Source of the DNA: Devosia sp.
Lineage (GTDB): Bacteria; Pseudomonadota; Alphaproteobacteria; Rhizobiales; Devosiaceae
Direction of reading: 5' to 3'
DNA length: 64,000 nucleotides
NCBI GenBank assembly: GCA_036675975.1
Contig: JAKFDU010000032.1
Location: forward strand, 5 to 64,004
Below, piece after piece: positions 8,941 to 18,374 of this stretch. Position numbers and translations under genes: made by a program. The notes under the pieces were generated by a model, which saw nothing but the letters and a program-made list of their open reading frames with translations, did not search any database and had not been told where the DNA came from. How positions within the stretch are numbered: the stretch's first letter is position 1; the number at the start of each line of letters is the position of its first letter.

Positions 8941-10095
8941 ATGACCAAAGCCAACTGGAACTACCCCACCACCATCAAGTTCGGCCCCGGCCGCATCGCC
9001 GAGCTGCCCGAGGCGCTGAAAGCCGCGGGCATAACCAGGCCCTTGCTGGTCACCGATGCCGGCCTCGTCAACCTGCCGGTCACCCAGAAGGCCATCCAGA
9101 TCCTCAAGGACGCTGGCGTCCCCGTGGGCGTCTTCGCCGATGTGAAACCCAACCCGATCTCGGCCAATGTCGAAGCCGGGATCAAGGTGCTGCGCGAGGG
9201 CGGCCATGATGGCGTCATCGCCTTTGGCGGCGGCTCGGGGCTCGACGTGGGCAAGGTTATCGCCTTCATGGCGGGGCAGACCCGCCCGATGTGGGACTTC
9301 GAGGATATCGGCGACTGGTGGACCCGCGCCGATCCAAAGGGCATCTTCCCGATCGTGGCAGTGCCCACCACGGCCGGGACCGGCTCGGAAGTCGGCCGCG
9401 CCGGCGTCATCACCGATGAGACGACGCACACAAAGAAGGTGATCTTCCACCCGCTGATGATGCCCAAGGTCGTGATCGCCGACCCTGAACTCACCGTCGG
9501 CATGCCCAAATTCATCACCGTCGGCACCGGCATGGATGCGCTGGCCCATTGCCTCGAGGCCTATTGCGCGCCTAGCTATCACCCGCTGGCCGACGGTATC
9601 GCGGTCGAGGGCATCCGCCTGGTTTTCGAGAACCTGCCCAAGGTTCACCTCGATCCCAACGATGTCGAGGCGCGCGGCCACATGATGAGCGCCGCCGCCA
9701 TGGGCGCCACCGCCTTCCAGAAGGGGCTCGGCGCCATCCATGCCCTCAGCCATCCGGTCGGCGCGCTCTACGACACCCATCACGGCATGACCAACGCCGT
9801 ATTCATGCCCTATGTGTTGGCGGTCAACAAATCGGCGATCGAAGCCCGCATCGCGCGGTTGGCTGCCTATCTGGGGCTGGCACCTAGCTTCGAGGCCTTC
9901 CAGCACGCCGTCATTGGCCTGCGGATGCGGCTCGACGTGCCGCACACGCTGGCCGAGTTCAAGGTGGACGGCGGCAAGCGGGACCTGATTGGCGATATGG
10001 CCATCGTGGATCCGACGGCCGGCGGCAACCCGATTGAGTTGACCAAGGATCGGGCGCTGGAGATTTTCGATCGGGCCATGGAGGGGCGGGTCTGA
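8941..10095 (+). CDS. Iron-containing alcohol dehydrogenase
   Basis: GGGSGLDVGK, VPTTAGTGSEV, DALAHCLE, HALSH, HHG metal-ligand motifs. Confidence 0.92.
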   Translation: MTKANWNYPTTIKFGPGRIAELPEALKAAGITRPLLVTDAGLVNLPVTQKAIQILKDAGVPVGVFADVKPNPISANVEAGIKVLREGGHDGVIAFGGGSGLDVGKVIAFMAGQTRPMWDFEDIGDWWTRADPKGIFPIVAVPTTAGTGSEVGRAGVITDETTHTKKVIFHPLMMPKVVIADPELTVGMPKFITVGTGMDALAHCLEAYCAPSYHPLADGIAVEGIRLVFENLPKVHLDPNDVEARGHMMSAAAMGATAFQKGLGAIHALSHPVGALYDTHHGMTNAVFMPYVLAVNKSAIEARIARLAAYLGLAPSFEAFQHAVIGLRMRLDVPHTLAEFKVDGGKRDLIGDMAIVDPTAGGNPIELTKDRALEIFDRAMEGRV

Positions 10096-10118
10096 AACGA
10101 ACCAGCTGACCGCGCGTT
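10094..10118 (+). promoter_or_regulatory. Candidate EcfG (sigmaT/RpoE2) general-stress promoter
   Basis: GAAAC-N16-CGTT, one mismatch to GGAAC-N16/17-CGTT; 27 nt before ATG 10146. Confidence 0.45.
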
Positions 10119-10145
10119 GGACCCGGACCTCATGGAGTACCCGAT

Positions 10146-10466
10146 ATGCGCGCGATCCTGCTTGCGACCTGCCTCACCCTAATCGCCGGCGTGGCCAGCA
10201 CGTCGGCGCATCACAAGCCCGGCCACCCCATGCCGCCGGGCCAGGCGAAGAAACTGTTGCCACCGGAACTGGTGATCATAGCGCCGCCGCCCGAAGTGGA
10301 GGACGTATGCCTCGTCACTACTGATACGCCGGGTGATCCCTTCGCACCGGTGATCGTTACCGAGTGGCTGCCGCGCGACATCGCCGAGGACAGGGCCGAG
10401 GCCGGCGACAGCTTCGTCATCTACCATCCCGACTTCAACAGCGAAGTCGGTTGCGTGAGCTTCTAG
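10146..10466 (+). CDS. Small secreted hypothetical protein with HHKPGHPMPPGQAKK motif
   Basis: GGAG RBS, signal-peptide-like N-terminus, two Cys in the mature part. Confidence 0.7.
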   Translation: MRAILLATCLTLIAGVASTSAHHKPGHPMPPGQAKKLLPPELVIIAPPPEVEDVCLVTTDTPGDPFAPVIVTEWLPRDIAEDRAEAGDSFVIYHPDFNSEVGCVSF

Positions 10467-11932
10467 CCGGCGACGACTTCGGCAACGGTGGCCTTCACCC
10501 CATCCTCGAACAACGCGTCCAGGTGAGTTGCCACCGTCTCGCCGAACGCCTGGTTCTCGGCCAGATCGCTGCCGAATACTTCGGTCAGCGCCACCAGGCC
10601 CATATAGAGCGCCTCGGCGTCATCCCCGGCGTCGGCGGCGATGGCCATCATGCGCATGGCCAGGGGATCGCGCACGTCGATGCTCTCGCCCTTCTCGTCG
10701 ATACCCACGACATAGCGCATCCAGGCCGCTACGCCGAGACCCAGCCGCTCGAAGGGTTGCCCCGCCTTGAGGCGGTCGCGGATCGTCCCGAGCAGGCGCT
10801 GCGGCAACTTCTGGCTGCCATCCATGGCGATCTGCCAGGTGCGGTGCTTGAGGGCAGGATTGCGGAAGCGGTCGAGCAGCTGGTCGCGATAGGCGCCGAG
10901 GTCGACGCCGGGCATGTCCAGCGTCGGCATGGCTTCCTCGGTCATCAGCCCGTGGATCAGCTTGACGAAATCAGCGTCGCCCATAACGTCGGAGATATAT
11001 TCGTAGCCCGCCAGATAGCCGAGATAGGCCATGGTCGAGTGGCTGCCATTGAGCATGCGCAGCTTCATGCGCTCGAAGGGCTCGACATCCTCGACCATCT
11101 GCGCACCGGCCTTTTCGAATGGCGGCCGGCCATCCGGGAAGTGGTCCTCGATCACCCACTGGGTAAACGGCTCGGTCATGATCGGCCAGGCGTCCTCCGC
11201 GCCGATCAGCCCGGCGACGGTGTCCCGATCGGCATCGGTGGTCGAGGGCACGATGCGATCGACCATGGTGCCGGGGAAGGCCACCTTGCCGACCCACTCG
11301 CCCAAAGCCGCATCGCGCAAAGCGGCAAATTTAGTGACGATGCGCTTCACCGTCGCGCCGTTGCTTGGCAGGTTGTCGCAACTCATCACGGCGAAAGGGG
11401 CAATCCCCGCCGCCTTGCGCCGTGCCAGTGCTTCCACCAGCATGCCGGGCGCCGACCTGGGCGCGGCCGGATTGGCCAGGTCATGCACGATATCGGGATG
11501 CCTTTGGTCGAGCTCGCCGGTGGCCGGATCGTGGCAATAGCCCTTTTCCGTCACCGTCAGCGAAACGATGCGGATCTGAGGGCTGGCCATCAGCGCCAGC
11601 AGTTCGTCGCGCTCGGTATTGGCATCGAGCACCCTGAGGATCGAGCCGATGACGCGCGGATGGGTGCCCGAGGCGTCGCGTACCGCCACCGTATAGAGCC
11701 CGTCCTGCGGCTCCAGCGCTTCCTTGGTGTCGGGCCGGCGCAGGCTGGCGCCGACAATGGCCCAATCCGGATTGTCCCGGAGCAGGTCATCGACATAAGC
11801 CGCCATATGCGCGCGATGAAAGGCGCCAATGCCCAGATGCACGATGCCTGGCGTGATCTTGCTCCGATCGTAGTTCGGCACGGCAACGCCTGATGGAACG
11901 TTGCTCAGGGTCTTGGCGCTCAGTCGCGTCAT
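10463..11932 (-). CDS. uxuB: Mannitol dehydrogenase family, D-mannonate oxidoreductase (fructuronate reductase)-like
   Basis: IVHLGIGAFHRAH, VSLTVTEKGY, MSCDNL, MVDRIVP, KLRMLNGSH, QIAMDGSQKLPQR; start moved to ATG 11932. Confidence 0.75.
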   Translation of the reverse strand: MTRLSAKTLSNVPSGVAVPNYDRSKITPGIVHLGIGAFHRAHMAAYVDDLLRDNPDWAIVGASLRRPDTKEALEPQDGLYTVAVRDASGTHPRVIGSILRVLDANTERDELLALMASPQIRIVSLTVTEKGYCHDPATGELDQRHPDIVHDLANPAAPRSAPGMLVEALARRKAAGIAPFAVMSCDNLPSNGATVKRIVTKFAALRDAALGEWVGKVAFPGTMVDRIVPSTTDADRDTVAGLIGAEDAWPIMTEPFTQWVIEDHFPDGRPPFEKAGAQMVEDVEPFERMKLRMLNGSHSTMAYLGYLAGYEYISDVMGDADFVKLIHGLMTEEAMPTLDMPGVDLGAYRDQLLDRFRNPALKHRTWQIAMDGSQKLPQRLLGTIRDRLKAGQPFERLGLGVAAWMRYVVGIDEKGESIDVRDPLAMRMMAIAADAGDDAEALYMGLVALTEVFGSDLAENQAFGETVATHLDALFEDGVKATVAEVVAG

Positions 11933-12057
11933 GGCGGTCTCCGGCAGTAAAATCGGGCGCACCATAGGGCGTTCCGGGCTTGTATGGAAGATAGTGACTT
12001 GCGGCCAAATCGGCTTTCCCGGCATAAGCCTGATGGCATTCGTGGAGGGCAGGGATT

Positions 12058-12978
12058 TTGGCACAGCAGCGTTTCGTCAGCATCGGGGAATGCATGATCG
12101 AGATGAGCGGCGGCGAGGATCGCCAATATCGCCTCGGCTATGCCGGCGATACGCTCAACACGGCCTGGTACATGCGCGCATTGCTCGGCGAGGACTGGTC
12201 CGTGGATTATTTCACCGCCCTCGGCGAAGACAAGTACTCCGCCGACATCCGCGCCTTCCTTGATGCCAACCACATCGGCACCAACCACATCCGCACCGTG
12301 CCCGGCCGCCGCCCCGGCCTCTACCTGATCCACCAGGAAAAGGGCGACCGCCACTTCACCTATTGGCGCGACACCTCCGCCGCCAAGCTGCTCGCCGATG
12401 ACAAGGACGCGCTCGCCGCGGCGGTTGACGGCGCCAGCATGGTCTACTTTTCCGGCATTACCCTCGCCATCCTGGCGCCCCGCGCCCGCGGCCGGCTGCT
12501 TGGCGCCATCGTCAAGGCGCGCGATGCCGGTGCCAAGGTGGTGTTCGATACCAATATTCGCCCCGCTCTGTGGACCAGCCCGCGCGTCATGACCGCGGTG
12601 CTCACCGCCGCGGCCACCATGTGCGACATCGTGCTGCCCACCCATACCGATGAAGCGCCGCTCTTCGGCGACAAATCCATCGACGATACTGCCGACCGGT
12701 ATCTCGAGCTTGGTGTCGAGGAAGTCGTGGTCAAGGACGGCGCTGGCGATGCACTGATCGCCACCGCGTCGGAGCGCGTCAAGGTTGCGCCCAAGCCCGG
12801 CGCCAAGGTGGTGGACGCCACCGGCGCCGGCGACAGCTTCAATGGCGCCTATCTCTCGGCGCGGCTGGCCGGGAAGTCGCTGCGCGAAGCGGCCGAGGCC
12901 GCGCACCGCGTGGCCGGTGTGGTCATCGGGCAAAAGGGTGCCTTGGTCGACCCTGCTCTGCTGGGCCAGCTCAGCTAG
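12058..12978 (+). CDS. kdgK: PfkB-family sugar kinase, 2-keto-3-deoxygluconate kinase-like
   Basis: IGECMIE, AGDTLNTA, FTYWR, FDTNIRP, DATGAGDSFNG; TTG start. Confidence 0.75.
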   Translation: MAQQRFVSIGECMIEMSGGEDRQYRLGYAGDTLNTAWYMRALLGEDWSVDYFTALGEDKYSADIRAFLDANHIGTNHIRTVPGRRPGLYLIHQEKGDRHFTYWRDTSAAKLLADDKDALAAAVDGASMVYFSGITLAILAPRARGRLLGAIVKARDAGAKVVFDTNIRPALWTSPRVMTAVLTAAATMCDIVLPTHTDEAPLFGDKSIDDTADRYLELGVEEVVVKDGAGDALIATASERVKVAPKPGAKVVDATGAGDSFNGAYLSARLAGKSLREAAEAAHRVAGVVIGQKGALVDPALLGQLS

Positions 12979-13052
12979 CTCGCGTCGCGGTCTTCCTTGG
13001 CATAGTCATGCCGGGGTTGCGGCTGCAGTGGCCGGGCGAAGAGTTGCGGCCG

Positions 13053-13598
13053 CTAGAAGCCCCGGTCACTCCACTCTTTCATATAGGCCAACTCCTCGGG
13101 CGTGCTCTCGCGGGCCAGGGCCTTATTGCGGAACGGAAAGCGGCCGAAGCGGGCCACTGCGTCCCGATGCTTGCTGGCGAAATCGATCCCTTCGGCAATG
13201 CCGAGCTTTTCGTGCAACCGCATCGACTCGGCCTGGATGACCACTGATTCCGAATGCATGAAGGGCAACAGCAGGAACATCATTTCATCCACGGCGAAGC
13301 CATCGTCCAGCCCAAGGAGCAACACCTCCTGGGCCAGCGTCAGCGCCATGGCGTCCTGCGCAAAGGCCTGCGGCGTGCCCCGGTGCAGTTGGCGGGAGAA
13401 CTGGTCGAGCACGATGATCTCGGCCAGTCTTCCCCTGGCCGTCGTGCGCCATTGCCAGGCTTCGCCCTTGGCCACGCGCGCATGCGTGTCCGCGAAGGCC
13501 CCGGCGAGCGCCGCATCGAATGCGGGCTTGCCGCCGAACCAGTCCTCGCGACCATGATCGACGAACCAGAATTGCAGCACATCCTCGGCAGTGCGCAT
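13053..13598 (-). CDS. DUF924 family protein
   Basis: IIVLDQFSRQLHRG, LPFMHSE, RFGRFPxRN motifs. Confidence 0.85.
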   Translation of the reverse strand: MRTAEDVLQFWFVDHGREDWFGGKPAFDAALAGAFADTHARVAKGEAWQWRTTARGRLAEIIVLDQFSRQLHRGTPQAFAQDAMALTLAQEVLLLGLDDGFAVDEMMFLLLPFMHSESVVIQAESMRLHEKLGIAEGIDFASKHRDAVARFGRFPFRNKALARESTPEELAYMKEWSDRGF

Positions 13599-13606
13599 AT
13601 TGGCTC

Positions 13607-14608
13607 CTAGAGGGTAATTATCGCCTTGATCAACCCGTTCCGTTCATGGGCCCATTTCGGCAGATTGACCGGCACATCATCGAATCTCGTCGTATGGGTC
13701 GCAAGCCGGTCTGTCGGGACGTCGCCATTGCGGATCGATGCCATGACATGGTCGAAGTCCTCGCGCGTCGCGTTGCGCGAGGCGCGGATGGTCAGCTCCC
13801 GCCTGTGGATCTCCGGATCCTCCCAGGCCAGGGTGCCCTTGACCACGCCAACCAGCGTCAGCGCCCCGCCATTGCGGCAATAGCCGACGGCCTGGTTCAT
13901 CGCCGGAATGGCGCCGGTCGCATCAAATACTGCGTCGAAGCCGGTTCCCATCCTGGCCTTGAACACGGCCCCCTCGCGCTCGTCCAGACCCGCCGCTGCA
14001 AAGCCGAAGCTGCTTGCCGCCTCCAGCTTGTCGTGCGCCGCGTCGAGAATAGTCACATCCGCACCGGCAATGTGCGCGAAGAAGGCGACACCCAGCCCGA
14101 TCGGTCCGCCGCCAACCACAAGGGCGCGCCAGCCCGGCTTGAGTTCGGTCCGCCGCACCGCGTGGGCGCCGATGGCGAGGAATTCCACCATGGCCGCGTC
14201 GCGCAGGCTCAGGCCCTCGGCCTTGTAGAGGTTGGCTTCCGGCATGACGATTTCCTCGGCCATGCCGCCATCGCCATGCACGCCGATAACTGTCAGCGTC
14301 TCGCAGCAGTTGGTCTTGCCTTCGCTGCAGGCGGGACACTGGTAGCACGGCAGATAGGGATTGATGACCACGGCGTCGCCATCGGCAAGGGTGACCGCGC
14401 CGTTGGCGTCGAGCACGACCCCGCTCAGTTCATGCCCCATGATGCGGGGATATCGCAGAAACGGGTGCTTGCCCTCGTAGATATGATAGTCGGTACCGCA
14501 GATGCCGATGTGGCGAATGCCGACCCGTACCCAGCCGGGCTTGAGCGCGGGCCGTTCGATGTCGACCAGCACCAATTCGCCCGGCGCCGCACAAGAAATA
14601 GCCCGCAT
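13607..14608 (-). CDS. Zinc-binding dehydrogenase, L-galactonate/L-gulonate 5-dehydrogenase-like
   Basis: CGTDYHIYEGKHPFLRYPRIMGHE, structural Zn Cys cluster CxxCxxCx7C, GGGPIG, ASRNAT. Confidence 0.78.
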   Translation of the reverse strand: MRAISCAAPGELVLVDIERPALKPGWVRVGIRHIGICGTDYHIYEGKHPFLRYPRIMGHELSGVVLDANGAVTLADGDAVVINPYLPCYQCPACSEGKTNCCETLTVIGVHGDGGMAEEIVMPEANLYKAEGLSLRDAAMVEFLAIGAHAVRRTELKPGWRALVVGGGPIGLGVAFFAHIAGADVTILDAAHDKLEAASSFGFAAAGLDEREGAVFKARMGTGFDAVFDATGAIPAMNQAVGYCRNGGALTLVGVVKGTLAWEDPEIHRRELTIRASRNATREDFDHVMASIRNGDVPTDRLATHTTRFDDVPVNLPKWAHERNGLIKAIITL

Positions 14609-14639
14609 GGGAAATCCTCCAGATCAGTGACCGGAGTGA

Positions 14640-14651
14640 CTAACATGTTAG
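14640..14651. promoter_or_regulatory. Perfect 12-bp palindrome CTAACATGTTAG, candidate operator
   Basis: 32 nt upstream of the dehydrogenase start; near-copy at 28122-28133. Confidence 0.5.
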
Positions 14652-14686
14652 CTGAGCAGAAGGAAGACGTTGGTCCCAACACGGCA

Positions 14687-14751
14687 TCACCCCGGCGAAA
14701 GCCGGGGCGCGGCGAACAGTCAGGATGGATTCCGGCCTTCGCCGGAATGAC
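14687..14751. repeat. REP-like palindromic doublet (degenerate left arm)
   Basis: TCACCCCGGCGAAAGCCGGGG ... TGGATTCCGGCCTTCGCCGGAATGAC. Confidence 0.75.
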
Positions 14752-14771
14752 ATCGATGACGCCGGACACCC

Positions 14772-15692
14772 TTAGCCGATAACGATCCTGATCCGGTTGC
14801 CGAACGGGTCCTGGGTCTCGATGCCGCCCTCGACTGCCAAAACCGGCGCCTTGCCCGCCACCAGCCGGCTCTCGACACCCTCGAGTGTCACCGCATCCGG
14901 CACTGATATGGTGAACCAGCGCAACCCAGCAGCGCCTGATGACGGCAGGCCTGCATTGGGCCCGGACCAGATGTTGAAGGCAATGGCATGGGGCATGTAG
15001 TCGAGCCCAACATCGCCCATGCCGAAGGACGAAATCAGCAGGAAGCCGGCAAAGCCGATGACATCGCGATAGAAATTCATGGCAATGTGGAGGTCATTCA
15101 CATGCACATGCACGTGCCCTATCCGCGTGCCCTCGGGCATCCGTGACGCCAATGTCGGAGCGGGCCCCAGTTCGGCCAGCAAACGGTCCATGTCGATGGG
15201 CTCGCGCCCCGAATGCGGCTTGCCACCTGAGGTCACCGCATAGGTCTCGCCCTTGTCGGGGTCACCCAGCGAGCCGCGCCACGGCGTTTCGAAGGTGATT
15301 TCGATACCATTGCCATCGAGGTCCCAAAGGTAGATCGCCTCGGAGACAAGATGATCGGTCGGGGAAATGCGCACATTGCGCTGCAGCGCCCGGACCGCCA
15401 TCTGCGCCAGGTCGGCTCGCTTGGGCACGTGGATAGCCACGTGATAGAGCCCGATCGTGCGCGGCACCACCGGTCGCACTGCGCCGGTCTGGAGCACGAT
15501 CAGCGGCTTGCCGCCGGCGCCCAGCGTCAGCGCATTGCCATGTTCGGCGATGAGATCGAGGCCCACCACGTCCTGCCAGATGGCGAGCGCCTTGGCGCGG
15601 TCGGTCACCGCTATATGCACCGGGCCCAACTTGGTGGTCAGTGGCAGGATAGGCGCGGACCTCACATTGGTCGAATGGGATGTGTCGATCAT
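14772..15692 (-). CDS. Two-domain VOC/glyoxalase protein, CatE-like
   Basis: LGPVHIAV, GLYHVAIHVP, DHLVSEAIYLxDxDGNGIE, IGHVHVHV, GLRWF; start at ATG 15692 with GGAG RBS. Confidence 0.8.
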   Translation of the reverse strand: MIDTSHSTNVRSAPILPLTTKLGPVHIAVTDRAKALAIWQDVVGLDLIAEHGNALTLGAGGKPLIVLQTGAVRPVVPRTIGLYHVAIHVPKRADLAQMAVRALQRNVRISPTDHLVSEAIYLWDLDGNGIEITFETPWRGSLGDPDKGETYAVTSGGKPHSGREPIDMDRLLAELGPAPTLASRMPEGTRIGHVHVHVNDLHIAMNFYRDVIGFAGFLLISSFGMGDVGLDYMPHAIAFNIWSGPNAGLPSSGAAGLRWFTISVPDAVTLEGVESRLVAGKAPVLAVEGGIETQDPFGNRIRIVIG

Positions 15693-15855
15693 GGCGATCT
15701 CCAGGTTCAGCATTGCCCAGCATATAGGCCGAGCTCAAGGCTCTCACCATCGGGTCCCCGGCGAAGGCATTGTTCGGTAAAGCGCTGGCAATGCGATGCA
15801 GCTTCCCCGCCCAGCGCTTTCGTGCTGAACTCGGTGCGGATTTGGGAGGCCACAA

Positions 15856-16182
15856 ATGAAACTGAGAAGTCTGATCGCGGCTGTTGCGCTGCTGGCAAGC
15901 ACCAGCGCGGCCATGGCGAATTGCTACGAGATCATCGGCTGCGATGACAGCGACTACTTCCAGCGCGGCGACCTGCGGCAGCTCAGCTGCCAATCGCTGT
16001 GGGAGGTGCGCAACCTTATCTACCAGCAGAACGGCTACTGCTTCCAGACCGACCGGGCTCGTCGCGCCTTTGGCAATCAGGGCTGCTGGATCAACGAACA
16101 GGGCCAGGTGCGGCTCAACGCCTATGAGCGCGAAAACGTCGCCCAGATCACCGCGGTCGAGAATTCCAAGGGTTGTAACTGA
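15856..16182 (+). CDS. Secreted YARHG-domain protein
   Basis: Signal peptide; LWEVRNLIYQQNGYCF matches the YARHG core; LNAYERENV; six Cys; GGGAGG RBS. Confidence 0.75.
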   Translation: MKLRSLIAAVALLASTSAAMANCYEIIGCDDSDYFQRGDLRQLSCQSLWEVRNLIYQQNGYCFQTDRARRAFGNQGCWINEQGQVRLNAYERENVAQITAVENSKGCN

Positions 16183-16205
16183 CGATCGGACTATCAGTCG
16201 GCTTT

Positions 16206-16250
16206 CCCTCCCCTTGTCGGGAGGGTGGCCCCGAAGGGGTCCGGTGGGGC
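16206..16250. repeat. CCCTCCCC...GGGAGGG-type palindromic repeat, single arm
   Basis: CCCTCCCCTTGTCGGGAGGGTGGCCCCGAAGGGGTCCGGTGGGG; related to copies at 24282, 32558 and 41392. Confidence 0.6.
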
Positions 16251-16285
16251 TATCCGTCCGCAAACGCAGCGGCGTCACTCCCCCC

Positions 16286-16314
16286 AAAAAAACGCCGGGG
16301 CTCACACCCCGGCG
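16286..16314 (-). terminator. Intrinsic terminator of the ABC exporter gene
   Basis: 8-bp GC stem CGCCGGGG/CCCCGGCG with 6-nt loop, followed by T7 on the minus strand, just after stop 16323. Confidence 0.8.
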
Positions 16315-16322
16315 CTTTCGTT

Positions 16323-18122
16323 TCACGCGATCTTCAGGCCCTTGGTCAGCTCCAGCGCCTGCCGCTCGAACAGCCGACGATAGATACCGCCACCGAGGCG
16401 GATCAACTCGGCATGGTTGCCCTCCTCGACGATGCGGCCCTTGTCGAAGACCAGCAGCCGGTCGAGCGCCCTGACCGTCGACAGCCGGTGCGCGATGACC
16501 AGCGTGGTCCGGCCGACCATCAGCCGTTCCATCGCCTGCTGGATCTGCACCTCGCTCTCGCTGTCGAGGCTCGATGTGGCCTCGTCCAGGATCAGCACCC
16601 GCGCATCGGCGAGGAAAGCCCGGGCGATGGCGACGCGCTGGCGTTCGCCGCCCGAGAGCTTCACGCCGCGTTCGCCGACCAGGGTTTCGTAGCCCTTGGG
16701 CAGATCGAGGATGAAGTCATGCGCGTTGGCCTGCTTGGCCGCCAGCTCGATCTCGGCGCGCGTGGCGTCGGGGCGGGCATAGGCGATGTTCTCGGCCAGG
16801 GTGCGGTGGAACAGGATCGGCTCCTGCTGCACGATGGCGATCTGGCCGCGCAGGCTCGCCTGCTTGCACTCCGCGATGTTCTGTCCGTCGATGGTGATGG
16901 CACCCGATTTCACGTCGTAGAGCCGCTGGATCAGCTTGACGAAGGTTGTCTTGCCCGACCCAGAGTGACCCACAAGGCCCACCCGCTCGCCCGGCGCGAT
17001 GCGCACCGAGAAGTCGCGGTAGAGCGGCGTCGGATGGGCGCCATACTGGAAGGTGACATGGTCAAAGACGATCTCGCCCTCGCCGATGGCAATGGCCTTG
17101 GCGCCAGCCTTGTCATCGATACCGAGCGGCGTGCGGTCGAGCGCAACCAGCTCTTCCATATCGTTGACGGCACGCTGCAGGTTGCGGATGTGCTGGCCCA
17201 CGTCCCGCAGGTAGCCCTGCAGCACGAAGAACATGGCGAGCACGAAGGTGATGTCGCCGGGTGTCGCCAGCCCGCGCTGCCACATCAGCAGACCTGTGCC
17301 CAGAATGCCGGCCTGCATGGTCACCATCATGAAGCCCTGGATGGTGCCGCTCAGCGTGCCGCGCTTCCAGGTGCGGCGCGTGCGGTTATCCCACTTGCCC
17401 AGCACGTGGCGCAGGCGCTGCTCTTCACGCTCCTCCGCGCCGAAGGCCTTGACCACGGAGTTGCAGCTAACCGCATCCGCCAGGGCGCCGCCAAGCCGGG
17501 TGTCCCAGGCATTGGCAAGGCTGGCCGCCGGCGAGACGAAGCCCATGGACAGAGCCACCGTGACGCCGATGTAAATCACCGAGCCGAGGCCCACGACGAG
17601 ACCCATGACCGGCCAGTAGGAGCCCAGGATGACCGTGGCGCCGACCAGCATGACGATGGATGGCAACAGCGCGATCAGCAGCACGTCGTTGAGCGAATCG
17701 AGCGCCCACATGCCGCGGGTGATCTTGCGCACGGTGGAGCCGGCGAAGCTGTTGGCATGCCAGTCGGTCGAAAAGCGCTGCACGCGGTGGAAGCCGTTAT
17801 TGACGATCTCGGCCATCATGCGGATCGTCAGCCGGATGATGCCCTGAAAGATGAACCAGCGCAGGATGACGCTGGTCAGCCCCAGGCCGACCACGATGGC
17901 AAAGGCGCGCAGGGCCGCGTCCGCGCCGGTGCCGGTACCCCCGGCAATGGCATCGACGATCTGGCCCGAAAACACCGGCACCATGACTTCGGCAAGCGTC
18001 GACACGATCACCAGCACGCAGATGATGGCGATCAGGGCCGGACGGCCCGACCAGTGGCGGAAAGTAAAGCCGAGCACGTTGCGATAGGCATCGGCGCGAA
18101 AATCGAGTTTCTTGCGACTCAT
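16323..18122 (-). CDS. ABC exporter, fused TMD-NBD half transporter (MsbA/multidrug type)
   Basis: Six TM helices, Walker A GHSGSGKT, signature LSGGERQR, Walker B ILDEATS, IAHRLST. Confidence 0.92.
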   Translation of the reverse strand: MSRKKLDFRADAYRNVLGFTFRHWSGRPALIAIICVLVIVSTLAEVMVPVFSGQIVDAIAGGTGTGADAALRAFAIVVGLGLTSVILRWFIFQGIIRLTIRMMAEIVNNGFHRVQRFSTDWHANSFAGSTVRKITRGMWALDSLNDVLLIALLPSIVMLVGATVILGSYWPVMGLVVGLGSVIYIGVTVALSMGFVSPAASLANAWDTRLGGALADAVSCNSVVKAFGAEEREEQRLRHVLGKWDNRTRRTWKRGTLSGTIQGFMMVTMQAGILGTGLLMWQRGLATPGDITFVLAMFFVLQGYLRDVGQHIRNLQRAVNDMEELVALDRTPLGIDDKAGAKAIAIGEGEIVFDHVTFQYGAHPTPLYRDFSVRIAPGERVGLVGHSGSGKTTFVKLIQRLYDVKSGAITIDGQNIAECKQASLRGQIAIVQQEPILFHRTLAENIAYARPDATRAEIELAAKQANAHDFILDLPKGYETLVGERGVKLSGGERQRVAIARAFLADARVLILDEATSSLDSESEVQIQQAMERLMVGRTTLVIAHRLSTVRALDRLLVFDKGRIVEEGNHAELIRLGGGIYRRLFERQALELTKGLKIA

Positions 18123-18293
18123 ATTGGCAGCCCGGTCCCGTTATCCGGCGACCGGCCCTCAAAACACAGGGATGAAAGGCACAGCCGGAACGGGGCGAAA
18201 ATGATCCCGTCAGATCAAGTGGGGCTGTGATGGTAAGAACCGCTGATGGCAGTCCTCGGGGCTAACCCAAGGAGGGCCACGGATGGCAACGAC

Positions 18294-18341
18294 CTAACGT
18301 CGAGGGTTGCCCATAGGGAGAGGGATGAATGTCACTGCCAT
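18294..18341 (-). CDS. Putative leader peptide MAVTFIPLPMGNPRR (15 aa)
   Basis: GGGAGG RBS 6 nt before ATG 18341; TAG at 18296-18294; lies in the 5-prime leader of the ABC exporter. Confidence 0.45.
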   Translation of the reverse strand: MAVTFIPLPMGNPRR

Positions 18342-18374
18342 ACAACGCCTCCCTGGTTCGAGATCTGAAGCGGT

